Below are positions 20,917 through 30,194 of a stretch of DNA of 64,000 nt, in pieces. Under the pieces are notes generated by a model. That model made no database searches, had not been told where the DNA came from, and saw only the letters and a list, made by a program, of their open reading frames with translations. This DNA comes from an uncultured delta proteobacterium (GTDB lineage: Bacteria; Myxococcota_A; UBA9160; SMWR01). Both the position numbers and the translations under genes were made by a program. The stretch is taken from assembly GCA_963832165.1 (NCBI GenBank), contig CAWHTE010000004.1, positions 674,889-738,888 on the forward strand. The letters run 5' to 3'. Numbering within the stretch: position 1 is the stretch's first letter; the number at the start of each line of letters is the position of its first letter.

Positions 20917-22282
20917 CTACACCGTTGGTCTGACATTGTTGTTCAGGTGGAACAAGTTCGTCGGATCGAGCCTGTTCTTCAGCGCGACGAGCCGTGCGTA
21001 GTTCGGCCCGTACGCGTGCTCGACCGCGCCTTCGGTCTCGTCCTCGGTCTGGTAGTTCACGTAGGACTCGCGGGCCATGTGGGGGCGCAGCGCATCGTAG
21101 GTGGCGCGCGCCCACGCGATGTTCTTCTCGTCGTCCTTCGGGTCGAGCCACTGGGAGACGACCAGCAGGTTGTAGCTCTCGCGCCGGTGAGGGAACGCCG
21201 TCTCGCCGACGCCGACCCGTGCGGCGGCCCCATGGAAGTGCTCGAGAACGAGCCCGCTCATCGGCGAGGGGCAGACCGCGAACTGCGCGATGAGCGCGTC
21301 GATCGCCTCGTCGCTGAGTTCCGCGAGGAAGCTCGACTTCCAGTAGTTCCTCGCACCGCGGGGGAAGCCCGGGTCGAAGAGCTTCGTGTTCGTGTCCACG
21401 TAGCTCGCGGGGCCGATGGTGTCGACCACGGGCGACCGAACCGCTTGATCGGCCGGGTCGCCGCTTCGCCCTCGGCCAGCGAGCCGCAATGACACGCGAC
21501 GATCGCCGCCAGAGGTACGCCCGAGCCGTCGGGGGCGATGCAACAGTCCACCGTAGAGCGTGAGCTCGTCGGGCACGGAAGAGGTGACCTCGCGGAAGAA
21601 CTGCAGCACGTCGCGCGCGCGTTCAATAGGGTGGGCCACGAGGCCGCTCGTGACCGGCCCCACCGGATGCAGCCGGTACTCGAACCACGAGACCACGCCG
21701 AAGTTCCCTCCCCCGCCCCGCAGCCCCCAGAACAGATCGCGGTCTCCCTCGGCGCTCGCCCGCACGACGTCGCCCGCAGCGGTGACGACCTCCGCAGAAA
21801 TCAGGTTGTCGGCGGCGAGCCCGTGCTTGCCCATGAGCCAGCCGAGCCCGCCTCCGAGCGTAAGACCCGCGATTCCGGTCGTCGAGACGACGCCTCCGGT
21901 CGTGGCGAGGCCATGGAGCTGGGTCTCGCGGTTAAACTCGCCCCACGTCACGCCTCCCTGGGCGCGCACCGTGCGGTGCCCGGGATCGACGTGGATGCCC
22001 TTCATCAGCGAGAGGTCGAGCATCAACCCGCCTTCGCAGACGGACTTCCCCGCGACGCTGTGACCGCCGCCGCGGACGGCGAGCTCGAGTTCGTGCGTGC
22101 GCGGCGAATCGAACGGCGTCAATGACATCGGCGGTCCCGAGGCAGCGAGCGATCAGGGCCGGACGGCGGGCGAACATGCCGTTGTGGATGCGACGCACTT
22201 CGTCGTAATCAGCGTCGGTGGGCGTGAGGACGCCGCCGCGCAGGCTGGCCCGGAGATCGTTGAGCGCTGCTTCCTTGACCAT
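20917..22282 (-). CDS. FAD-binding oxidoreductase (berberine-bridge/VAO family), frameshifted
   Basis: VRGGGHS, GIAGLTLGGGLG, LRGGGGNFGVV, YVNY..RLVALKNRLDPTNLF. Confidence 0.88.
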
Positions 22283-22449
22283 GGGTTTCCTCCTCTCTCA
22301 GCCCGCAACCGGCTTTGCCAGATCGCTGCTTGGCGCCGTCCAACTGTTAATGGATTGCGAGCCCGATGGTAAACGCTGCGAGAGCTCGCAGCCTATTTGC
22401 TGGGTCGCGGTGGAGAGGTTCGGAAATCGCGTTGCTGGGGGCGATCCGC

Positions 22450-22469
22450 AACTGGATTTGAATCCAGTT
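22450..22469. promoter_or_regulatory. Palindromic operator, LexA-box-like (CTG-N10-CAG)
   Basis: AACTGGATTTGAATCCAGTT, about 105 bp upstream of the first cassette core. Confidence 0.5.
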
Positions 22470-22707
22470 CGGGGAGCAAACGCTTGCGAACGTGCGAAGG
22501 CGTCGGGTTACGCCGAGGCGCGTCGGTGCCCGTGGGAGATCGAGGGAAAACAACGGGTTGGCGGCGAGGCGTCGTGCGGCCCCGGCGGGTCCCCGGCGGC
22601 GCGTGACCGCCTTCGTTTTCAGCGCGTGAGGCTCCTGCGGGGAAACGCCAGGATCGCCCAGGCGGGGCGATCGGCGGCCGGCCGTCTCCGAATGGCGGGG
22701 CGCCTTG

Positions 22708-23940
22708 CTAGCGGTAGCGGTTCCAGACCGCTTCGCGGCGGCGCGCGAGCTGTGCGCGCCGCGCTTCGGGCGTCACCGTGGGATGGTCGGGCGGCATCGC
22801 CTTGCGCACGGCGTCGAGCGACACCACGTGTGCGCGCGGTACCGGATTGGTGCGCGCCCACACCCAGCGGTACACGAGCAGGCCGCGCTGTCTCTCTTCG
22901 GTGTCGATCCAGTTCGGTGTCGCGGGATCGCGATGCGCGACGACGATCCGGATCACGCCATCGCCGTCGACGTGGGTCTGATGATCGTTCAGGCTGATCT
23001 GGCGGCGATCGAACTCGCCGGTCTCGAGCCAGGGCAGGGTGTGGGTGACGAAGTTCCAGTAGTCGGCGTCGGGTCGCTCGACCTCGAGCACGAGCGCCTC
23101 GTCGGGCTCGAGATTCCAGAAGCAGCTCCCGTACAGGATGTTGTCCGCGCCTCCGGGGGCGCTGCGCGCCGCGGCGGCCGCGTTCGGCGTCGCACGCGCC
23201 CAGCCCTGGCCCGTGTAGCGGCTCCAGTAGTCGACCGACGCCTCCACCCAGCGCGCGGTGCGCTCGAGCGCCGCCGCGAGCGCGCCCGGGTCGAGCAGCG
23301 GACGCGGCTCGCCCTCGGCGCCGACGCGCTCGATCTGGAAGATCGGCAGCACGTCGCGCTCCCAGTCGGACTGGTACAGACGGATCGTGAAGATGCGCGC
23401 GCGCGGATCCAGCTCGATGCAGTGCCCCTCGCCCACTCGATGGTCTTCGCTCGCCTTCGGCTCGCTGCGCGAAACTTGCGCAGACCCCTTCGGCACGAGC
23501 CAGATCTCGAGGCCGCCGTCGCTCGCGAGCGGCAGCTGGTCGAGCGAGCGCTCGCCGAACACGCCGTACTCGGAGAGCTGCATGTCGCCCTCGTGCAGCG
23601 AGAAGATCGCCTGGCGCAGGCCGCGCGCGTCGCGCGTCCACACGCGATAGGCGAGGCTCGGGTCGACGTTCGCGCGCAGGTAGATGTTGTCGGGGTTGGG
23701 GCCGCCCCACTGGTTCCAGGGGTTCTGATGGCTCACGAAACCCGGGAAGCGCGGATCGCCGGCTTCGATCTCCTGCTGCGCGGCGTAGATCAGCCAGCGC
23801 ATGACCGCGCGGTAGCCCTCGCTGCGCGCGCGCGGGTCCGCGAAATCGCCGCTCTGGAGCCGCTCGCCGATCGCCTCGAGGCGGCTGCAGAACGCGCGCC
23901 ACGCGGAGCCGTCGAGCAGCGCAGCGCCGGCGTCGGACAT
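22708..23940 (-). CDS. DUF1214-like protein (type usually paired with sulfotransferases)
   Basis: WGGPNPDNIY, LEPDEALV, DGDGVIRIVVAHRDP..NWIDT. Confidence 0.75.
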   Translation of the reverse strand: MSDAGAALLDGSAWRAFCSRLEAIGERLQSGDFADPRARSEGYRAVMRWLIYAAQQEIEAGDPRFPGFVSHQNPWNQWGGPNPDNIYLRANVDPSLAYRVWTRDARGLRQAIFSLHEGDMQLSEYGVFGERSLDQLPLASDGGLEIWLVPKGSAQVSRSEPKASEDHRVGEGHCIELDPRARIFTIRLYQSDWERDVLPIFQIERVGAEGEPRPLLDPGALAAALERTARWVEASVDYWSRYTGQGWARATPNAAAAARSAPGGADNILYGSCFWNLEPDEALVLEVERPDADYWNFVTHTLPWLETGEFDRRQISLNDHQTHVDGDGVIRIVVAHRDPATPNWIDTEERQRGLLVYRWVWARTNPVPRAHVVSLDAVRKAMPPDHPTVTPEARRAQLARRREAVWNRYR

Positions 23941-23950
23941 CGCGCTGGGC

Positions 23951-24998
23951 TCAGCTCTCCGAAGCTTTGCGCGTGGGGGTGATCGCTTCCATCGCGTATT
24001 CGTTGCGGCCCTGTTTCGCGAGCTCGAAGAACGCGGGCCCGAACGGATTCTCGCCGAGCAGAGGCATCGAGCCGCGCCGGATCGTCCAGTCGAGCGGCGC
24101 GAGCTCACCCGCACGCTGGAAGTGGCGCTCGGCGGCCTCACGGCGGCCCGCCTGGTGCAGATGCCACGCGAGTGCGCGCTCCGCGCGCGCGAGCTGGGTC
24201 TCGCGCGTGGGCGCGGGCGAGTGGCGCCGCACCTCGTCTGCGGTCAGCGCGCCGCTGCCGTCGCGCACCCACGCGCGCAGCATCTCGAGATAGGGGCCCG
24301 ACTCCTTGCCCGTGTACGACGCGAACGTGTCGGTGCCGAACTGTGCGTCGTGCGGGCGGCAGATCCGGCCGCGCTCGTCGATCCAGATCATCGTGGGCAC
24401 GTTGCTGATGTGATAGAGCTCGGCCACGCGGTGGTCGCTGTCGATCAGGCTCGGATGCGTCGCGCCCGAGCGCTCGATGAACGGGCGCACGTCGTCGGCG
24501 CGATCGAGCGCGACCGTGATGGGCATGAAGCCGGCGTCCCCGAGCTCTTCGTACATTGCCTGCCAGACCGGCAGGTCCTCGCGGCAGCCTCACCAGGACG
24601 CATAGGCGATCAGCAGCACCTTCTTGCCGCGGTAAGTCCGTGAGCGAGTGCATGCGGCCCGCGAGATCGGGCAGCGTGAAGTCGGGCGCCTCGAGCGTAT
24701 GGAGCGCCGCGGCGCGATCGTCGGGCCTCTCACCGAGCGCGGCGACGCGCTCCGTGGTGTCGAGCGCGAGCGGGCGGTCGAGCAGTGTCGCGAGCGTCTC
24801 GAGGTCGAGACCGCCGTCGCGCACGAGCGACGCGCGGTCGCGCACCGGAATGCACACCGAGCCGCGGCACAGACCTTCGGGTGCGAGCTTCCAGCCGAGT
24901 GCCGCCTCGACGTCCGCGGGATCCGCCAACGCGCGGCCGCCGGTGAACTGCGCGCCGATCGCGTGGCGCCGCTCGCCGTCGATGAGCGTGAGCATCAT
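23951..24998 (-). CDS. Thioredoxin-fold/ResA-like selenoprotein (ASW-U-GC), one indel near 24634
   Basis: APDFTLPDLAG..(Y)RGKKVLLIAYASW-TGA-GCREDLPVWQAMYEEL; ORF continues in frame past TGA 24590-24592. Confidence 0.85.
24559..24575 (-). promoter_or_regulatory. Bacterial SECIS hairpin
   Basis: CCTGCC-GGTCT-GGCAGG perfect stem-loop 14 nt 3' of the in-frame UGA. Confidence 0.75.
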
Positions 24999-25028
24999 GC
25001 GGCGGCAGGATAGGACCGGGACTGCTCC

Positions 25029-25703
25029 CTAGCCAAGCCGGATCGCTCGGGCGCGCAGTGCGAGCGCCGCGAGGCCGAGCAGGAGCAGCGCCGCGCTGTG
25101 CGGCTCGGGGACCTGCTGCATGTTCCAGCTGTCGATCGCGACGTCGACCGTGACCCGGCCGTCGAACGCGCCCAAGCCATCGACCGAGTTGAGCGTGAGG
25201 CGCACCTGGCTCCAGCCGATCGTGTCGTTGGGCACGAACGGCGCGGCCTCGCTGCCGTCGAAGGTCGATGCGCTGAAATCGAAGAACTCGACCTGAGCGA
25301 CGTACCCCGCGCTCGGGCTCGGATTGGTCACCGGGTCGAGGTCGGACAGCAGGATCGCACCCGACTGCCATACGTCGACCAGGACCAGGAACGGATCGGT
25401 CGCCACCACGCGGTCGTCGATCAGCGCGATCTCGTGCGGGTCCGCGGTCGACGAGAACAGGTAGCTCCCGAGCTGGAACACCAGCTGGCCCAGGCCGACC
25501 ACGAACGGGCTGCTCGAGCTCGCCGACGTCGGATCGACGTCGTAGGTGCCCGTCACGCCTCCGCCGGGTGCCACCGAGCCGTCGAGCACAGTCGCGGTGC
25601 CACCGACGGTGAGGACCGTCCCCGAGAACCCGACGGTGAGCGCACCTGCGGGAGCGGCAAGGCACAGGCAGAGCATGAGCACGACGCGCAAGGCGTAGAG
25701 CAT
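25029..25703 (-). CDS. PEP-CTERM surface protein
   Basis: Signal peptide; VPEPHSAALLLLGLAALALRAR. Confidence 0.85.
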   Translation of the reverse strand: MLYALRVVLMLCLCLAAPAGALTVGFSGTVLTVGGTATVLDGSVAPGGGVTGTYDVDPTSASSSSPFVVGLGQLVFQLGSYLFSSTADPHEIALIDDRVVATDPFLVLVDVWQSGAILLSDLDPVTNPSPSAGYVAQVEFFDFSASTFDGSEAAPFVPNDTIGWSQVRLTLNSVDGLGAFDGRVTVDVAIDSWNMQQVPEPHSAALLLLGLAALALRARAIRLG

Positions 25704-25791
25704 ATCGAGGTGTGGGCCTCACGCGCCGGTTGTGTCAGAAAACGCGGGCTGATGCGCGTGGAAGTTGCAGCCCGGTACCGACCCCATCGGG

Positions 25792-26565
25792 CTAACGCCC
25801 GCTGAACTTGGGCTCTCGTTTGTGGAAAAATGCCCCGATCGCTTCCCGGGTATCTTCGCTCGCGACGTTCACGCTCTGGGCCATTCCCTCGGCCTCGAGC
25901 GCCTCGGCGAGCCCGCCCGCGAACGCCTGATTGAGCAGCCGCTTGCTCATCGCGAGCGCGAGCGGGGGGCCCGCGGCGAGCCGGCCCGCCCAGTCGTCCA
26001 CGAGCGCGTCGAGCTCGGCGTCGGGCACCACGCGGTTCACGAGCCCGATCCGCTCGGCCTCCTCGGCCGTGATGATCTCGGCGAGCAGCGCGAGCTCCTT
26101 GGCGCGGTGGAGCCCGATCAGACGGGGCAGGAGCCACGAGCCGCCGACGTCGAGCGAGAGTCCGCGTCGAGCGAAGATCTCCGACAGGCGCGACGTCGAC
26201 GACGCCGCGATCAGGTCGCAGCCCAGCGCCAGGTTGAGTCCGGCGCCCACCGCGAAGCCGCGGATTTTCGCGATCGCGGGCTTGGGCAGCTGGTGCAGCG
26301 CGAGTGCCACCGAGCCGTAGAAGCGCATGTGGTCGAGCTGGTGGCGCTCGGGCGTGCCGGCCGGGCCGAGGTCGGCGCCCGCGCAGAAGTTCCCGCCCGC
26401 GCCCGAGAGCACGAGCACGCGGTCGGTCGCGCTGTGCGTGATCTCATCGAATACTTGGAGTAGCTCCTCGAACATCCGGTAATCAATCGCGTTTTTCTTC
26501 TCGGGCCGGTTGAGCTCCACGCTCACGACCCCGCGCTCGTCGCGCTCCACGTTCAGCGTCTTCAC
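25792..26565 (-). CDS. Enoyl-CoA hydratase/isomerase
   Basis: LNRPEKKNA, FCAGADL, GFAVGAG, AFFHKREPKFSGR. Confidence 0.9.
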   Translation of the reverse strand: MKTLNVERDERGVVSVELNRPEKKNAIDYRMFEELLQVFDEITHSATDRVLVLSGAGGNFCAGADLGPAGTPERHQLDHMRFYGSVALALHQLPKPAIAKIRGFAVGAGLNLALGCDLIAASSTSRLSEIFARRGLSLDVGGSWLLPRLIGLHRAKELALLAEIITAEEAERIGLVNRVVPDAELDALVDDWAGRLAAGPPLALAMSKRLLNQAFAGGLAEALEAEGMAQSVNVASEDTREAIGAFFHKREPKFSGR

Positions 26566-26636
26566 GGGCTCCCCCTGGCTTTCGATGGGTCGATTCTCGC
26601 AGAAAGCCACTGCGGGACACCCAGTAACATGCAGCG

Positions 26637-27902
26637 GTGAACGCCCTGCGCGCGGACGGCGGTGCGATGCCCGCGCTGCGGCGCTGGGCCGGGCAGACGT
26701 TTGCGGCGCTCTCGGTCGCGCCATTCCGCACGCTCTGGTTCGGCACGCTGGCTTCGTTCCTCGCGTTCTTCATGTCGACGATCGTGAACAGCGTGGTCGC
26801 GTTCGAGCTCACGGGCGCGAATCGCGCCGTCGGTACGGTGATCTTCGCGCAGGGCATCGCGATGTTCGCGTTCGGTCCGTTAGGCGGCGCGTTCGCCGAT
26901 CGCTGGCCGAAGCGGCGCGTGGTCGCGACCGGGCAGACCGCGGCCGGAATGGTGTTCGCGGTGCTCGGCGGACTCGTGCTCGCGCAGTCGATCGCGATCG
27001 TGCACCTCGCGATCGGCGCGTTCGCGATCGGCGTGTGCTTCGCGTTCATCGGGCCGGCGCGCCAGGCATTCGTGGTGGATCTCGTGCCGCCGCACCAGCG
27101 CGGGAATGCGATGGCGCTGTCGCTCGTTGCGAACAACGCGGCGCGGATCGGCGGCCCCGCGATTGCTGGCGTGCTGCTCGCGTGGGATGCCGCCGGCGCG
27201 GGCCCCGCCTACCTCGTGATGGGCGCGCTCTACGTGGGCACGGCCGCAAGCCTCTCGCTGCTTCCGCGTTCGGTCGGCCGCGCCGACCTCGCCACGAACG
27301 TGCTCGCCGACGTCGCGGACGGTCTGCGCTACGCGCGGCGCCAGCCTCAGCTGCGCGTGCTGCTGCTCCAATTCGCCGCGGTCGTGATGGGTGGCTTTCC
27401 GTACGTCGCGGTGATGCCGGGCCTGGTCGAGAACTCCCTCGGTCACGGCGCCGAGGGGATCAGTCTGCTCGCGGGGACCGCCGCCGCGGGCGGTCTCTTG
27501 ACGAGCGTGCTCGTGGCCCGCCTCGCCGATGCGCCGCGCGCGCGCGCGATCACCTCGGGCCTCGGCCTCGGCTTCGCGCTGTCGCTGTTCGCGATCGCAA
27601 TCGCGCCGAGCTTCGCGCTCGCAGCGCTCGCGTCGTTCGCGGTCGGCGCAACGAGCGGCGGCTATCAGACGCTCGCGACCTCGGTGATGCTGAACACGAC
27701 CGAGACCGCCTACATCGGGCGCGTGATGTCGCTCACGATGATGGCGTTCGCGGGCTTCGGCGTGACGGCGCTGCCGCTCGGCTGGATCGCCGACGGCCTG
27801 GGCGAGCGCGCCGCGCTCGCGCTGATGGGCGCTGCGGTGGCACTCGCGGTGGTGGTGAGCGCGGTCGCGCTCGCGCGAGCTAGCGTCCGCGCCACGCCGT
27901 AG
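26637..27902 (+). CDS. MFS transporter
   Basis: GGAFADRWPKRR motif A; many TM segments. Confidence 0.88.
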   Translation: MNALRADGGAMPALRRWAGQTFAALSVAPFRTLWFGTLASFLAFFMSTIVNSVVAFELTGANRAVGTVIFAQGIAMFAFGPLGGAFADRWPKRRVVATGQTAAGMVFAVLGGLVLAQSIAIVHLAIGAFAIGVCFAFIGPARQAFVVDLVPPHQRGNAMALSLVANNAARIGGPAIAGVLLAWDAAGAGPAYLVMGALYVGTAASLSLLPRSVGRADLATNVLADVADGLRYARRQPQLRVLLLQFAAVVMGGFPYVAVMPGLVENSLGHGAEGISLLAGTAAAGGLLTSVLVARLADAPRARAITSGLGLGFALSLFAIAIAPSFALAALASFAVGATSGGYQTLATSVMLNTTETAYIGRVMSLTMMAFAGFGVTALPLGWIADGLGERAALALMGAAVALAVVVSAVALARASVRATP

Positions 27903-27918
27903 CACGAAGGGATCTCAC

Positions 27919-28689
27919 GTGGAGAAGCAGCAACTCGATTCGTTGTTCCGGCTCGACGGCCGCGTCGCGATCGTCACGGGCGGCAGCCGCGGCATCGGCC
28001 GCGCGATCGCAGAGGGCTTCGCGCTCGCGGGAGCGCGCGTGGTGATCGCGAGCCGCAAGGCGGACGCGTGCGCGGAGACCGCCGAGGCGATCCAGAAGCG
28101 CGGCGGCGAGGCGCTCGCGGTGCCCACCCATCTCGGCGAGCTCGATCAGCTCGAGCGGCTCGTCGAGGCGACGGTCGGGCGCTTCGGCGGCATCGACATC
28201 GTCGTGAACAACGCGGCCAACGCGCTCGCGCTGCCGTTCGGCCAGGTGACGCCGGAGGGCTGGGAGAAGTCGTTCGCGGTCAATCTGCGCGGGCCCGTGT
28301 TCCTGGTGCAGTACGCGCTGCCCGCGCTCACCGCGAGCGGGCGCGCCTCGGTGATCAACGTGTCGAGCGCGGGCGCCTATCTCTTCTCGGGCTTCCAGCA
28401 CATGTACGCGGCCGCGAAGGCGGGCCTGCTCGCCTACACGCGGTCGCTCGCGGCCGAGCTCGCACCGCGCAAGATCCGCGTGAACGCGATCGCGCCGGGC
28501 ACGATCGACACCGACATGGTGCGCAACAACCCGCCCGAGGTGCAGGAAGCGATGGCGAAGGCGTCGCTCTTGCGGCGCGCCGCCGAGCCCGACGAGGTGG
28601 TCGGCCTGGCGCTCTACCTCGCGAGCGATGCATCGAGCTTCGTCACGGGCGCCTCGATCAACATCGACGGGGGCCTGGTGCCGCGATGA
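27919..28689 (+). CDS. SDR oxidoreductase
   Basis: TGGSRGIG, VNNAA, YAAAK. Confidence 0.9.
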   Translation: MEKQQLDSLFRLDGRVAIVTGGSRGIGRAIAEGFALAGARVVIASRKADACAETAEAIQKRGGEALAVPTHLGELDQLERLVEATVGRFGGIDIVVNNAANALALPFGQVTPEGWEKSFAVNLRGPVFLVQYALPALTASGRASVINVSSAGAYLFSGFQHMYAAAKAGLLAYTRSLAAELAPRKIRVNAIAPGTIDTDMVRNNPPEVQEAMAKASLLRRAAEPDEVVGLALYLASDASSFVTGASINIDGGLVPR

Positions 28690-29462
28690 TGGGCCTGCTC
28701 GAAGGCAAGGTCGGCCTCGTCACGGGCGCCGCGCAGGGGCTCGGGCGTGCGACCGCGCTGCTCGCGGCACGCGAGGGATCGGCCGTGGTGATCGCGGACG
28801 TGCAGGAGCCGGCCGGCGAGGCCGTCGCGGCAGAGATCGCGGCCGCGGGCGGGCGCGCGCTGTTCGCACGCACGGACGTGTCGATCGCGGCCGAGGTCGA
28901 GTCGCTCGTGAAGCGCACCGTCGACGCGTTCGGCCGACTCGACTGGGCGTGCAACAACGCGGTGGGTGGCGCGGGTGGCTTCGGCTGGCTGCATGAGATC
29001 GACGACCGCACCTGGGACCGCACGATCGCGGTGACGCTGTCAGGTGTCTTCTACGCGATGAAGTACGAGATCCCCGCGATGCTCGCGAGCGGCGGTGGAT
29101 CGATCGTGAACATCACCACGGCGGGTGTCGTGAAGGGCGAGGCGATGCTCGCCGCGTACGTGGCCGCCAAGGGCGGCGTCGATTCGCTCACGCGCGCAGC
29201 GGCCTCCGAATACGCTGCGCGCGGCATCCGGGTGAACAGCGTCGCGCCGGGCGGCTTCGAGACGCCCGCAATCGCGCGCTATTTCGAGCGCTTCCCCGAG
29301 AAGAAGCTCGAGACGATCGCGACCAACGCGCAGCGCCGGCTCGGGAGCCCCGAGGAGGTGGCCGAGCCCGTGATCTGGCTCGCGTCGGATCGCTCGTCGT
29401 TCGTCACGGGCGCGTGCGTGGCCTGCGACGGCGGCGTGATGGTGAACTCGCACCTACTCTGA
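28686..29462 (+). CDS. SDR oxidoreductase
   Basis: TGAAQGLG, CNNA, YVAAK. Confidence 0.9.
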   Translation: MMGLLEGKVGLVTGAAQGLGRATALLAAREGSAVVIADVQEPAGEAVAAEIAAAGGRALFARTDVSIAAEVESLVKRTVDAFGRLDWACNNAVGGAGGFGWLHEIDDRTWDRTIAVTLSGVFYAMKYEIPAMLASGGGSIVNITTAGVVKGEAMLAAYVAAKGGVDSLTRAAASEYAARGIRVNSVAPGGFETPAIARYFERFPEKKLETIATNAQRRLGSPEEVAEPVIWLASDRSSFVTGACVACDGGVMVNSHLL

Positions 29463-29481
29463 GCGCGAAGAGGAGAGGGCC

Positions 29482-30114
29482 ATGGCAGCCGATTCCTACA
29501 CGGCACTCGTGAACGACATCCAGGAGCAGAGCGAGACCAAGAGCGCGGATGTGACGCGCGTGTCTCGGCTCGCCATGCGCGACGGCGGGATTGCGCTCGC
29601 GGCGCTCTCGCTGTTCGCGGCCGCGGACGCGTGGTATCGCGCGACCGGTCTCAGCGCGGCAGCGCTGCTCTCGGTGCTCGACGGGCTCGTCGTGGGCTAC
29701 GGGCTCTGCCTGCTCGCGCACGAGTGGGGCCACTTCGCGGGCGCGCGCTTGGGTGGCGGCATCGCGCCGACCACGAAGATCACTCAGCTCTTTCCGATCT
29801 TCCTGCTCGACATGAAGCGGAGCCCGGATCGCGCGTTCAAGGCCATGAGCGTGGGTGGCAACGTCGCGCACTGGAGCCTCGTGGTGCTCTTCCTGCTCTG
29901 GGTGCCGCTCGACATGCCCGGGCGCGTCGCGCTCGCATGCGGCGCGTTCGGCTTCGCGTTCGGCGCGAGCGTCACCGAGGTGCCGGTGATCCGGCGCTCG
30001 TTCGCAGGCGCATCGCCGGTCGAGAGCTTCGCGGGGCTCACCGGTGCGAAGCTGCGCCGCAATCGCCGGATCGGTTACGCGGCCGGCGCGGTGCTCTTTG
30101 CGCTGATCGGGTAG
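29482..30114 (+). CDS. Hypothetical membrane protein with HExxH motif
   Basis: AHEWGHF; hydrophobic segments; RBS AGGAG. Confidence 0.65.
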   Translation: MAADSYTALVNDIQEQSETKSADVTRVSRLAMRDGGIALAALSLFAAADAWYRATGLSAAALLSVLDGLVVGYGLCLLAHEWGHFAGARLGGGIAPTTKITQLFPIFLLDMKRSPDRAFKAMSVGGNVAHWSLVVLFLLWVPLDMPGRVALACGAFGFAFGASVTEVPVIRRSFAGASPVESFAGLTGAKLRRNRRIGYAAGAVLFALIG

Positions 30115-30118
30115 CTGA

Positions 30119-30182
30119 ATGGCGGGATCGCTTCGCTCTCCCGCCCTACGTAGGGCGGGAGGAGCCGAAGGCGGATCCCGCC
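30119..30182. repeat. Pair of GTAG-type REP units joined head to head
   Basis: GGCGGGATCGCTTCGCTCTCCCGCCCTAC|GTAGGGCGGGAGGAGCCGAAGGCGGATCCCGCC; matches 10189-10222. Confidence 0.8.
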
Positions 30183-30194
30183 TTCCGCGCGCCG

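Noticed and set aside
22470..22705. Integron integrase remnant upstream of the cassette cluster
   Set aside because: No tyrosine recombinase motifs recognisable in any frame.
23951..23975. RKASES peptide as a fourth copy of the in-frame repeat
   Set aside because: The DNA does not match the 41-bp consensus.
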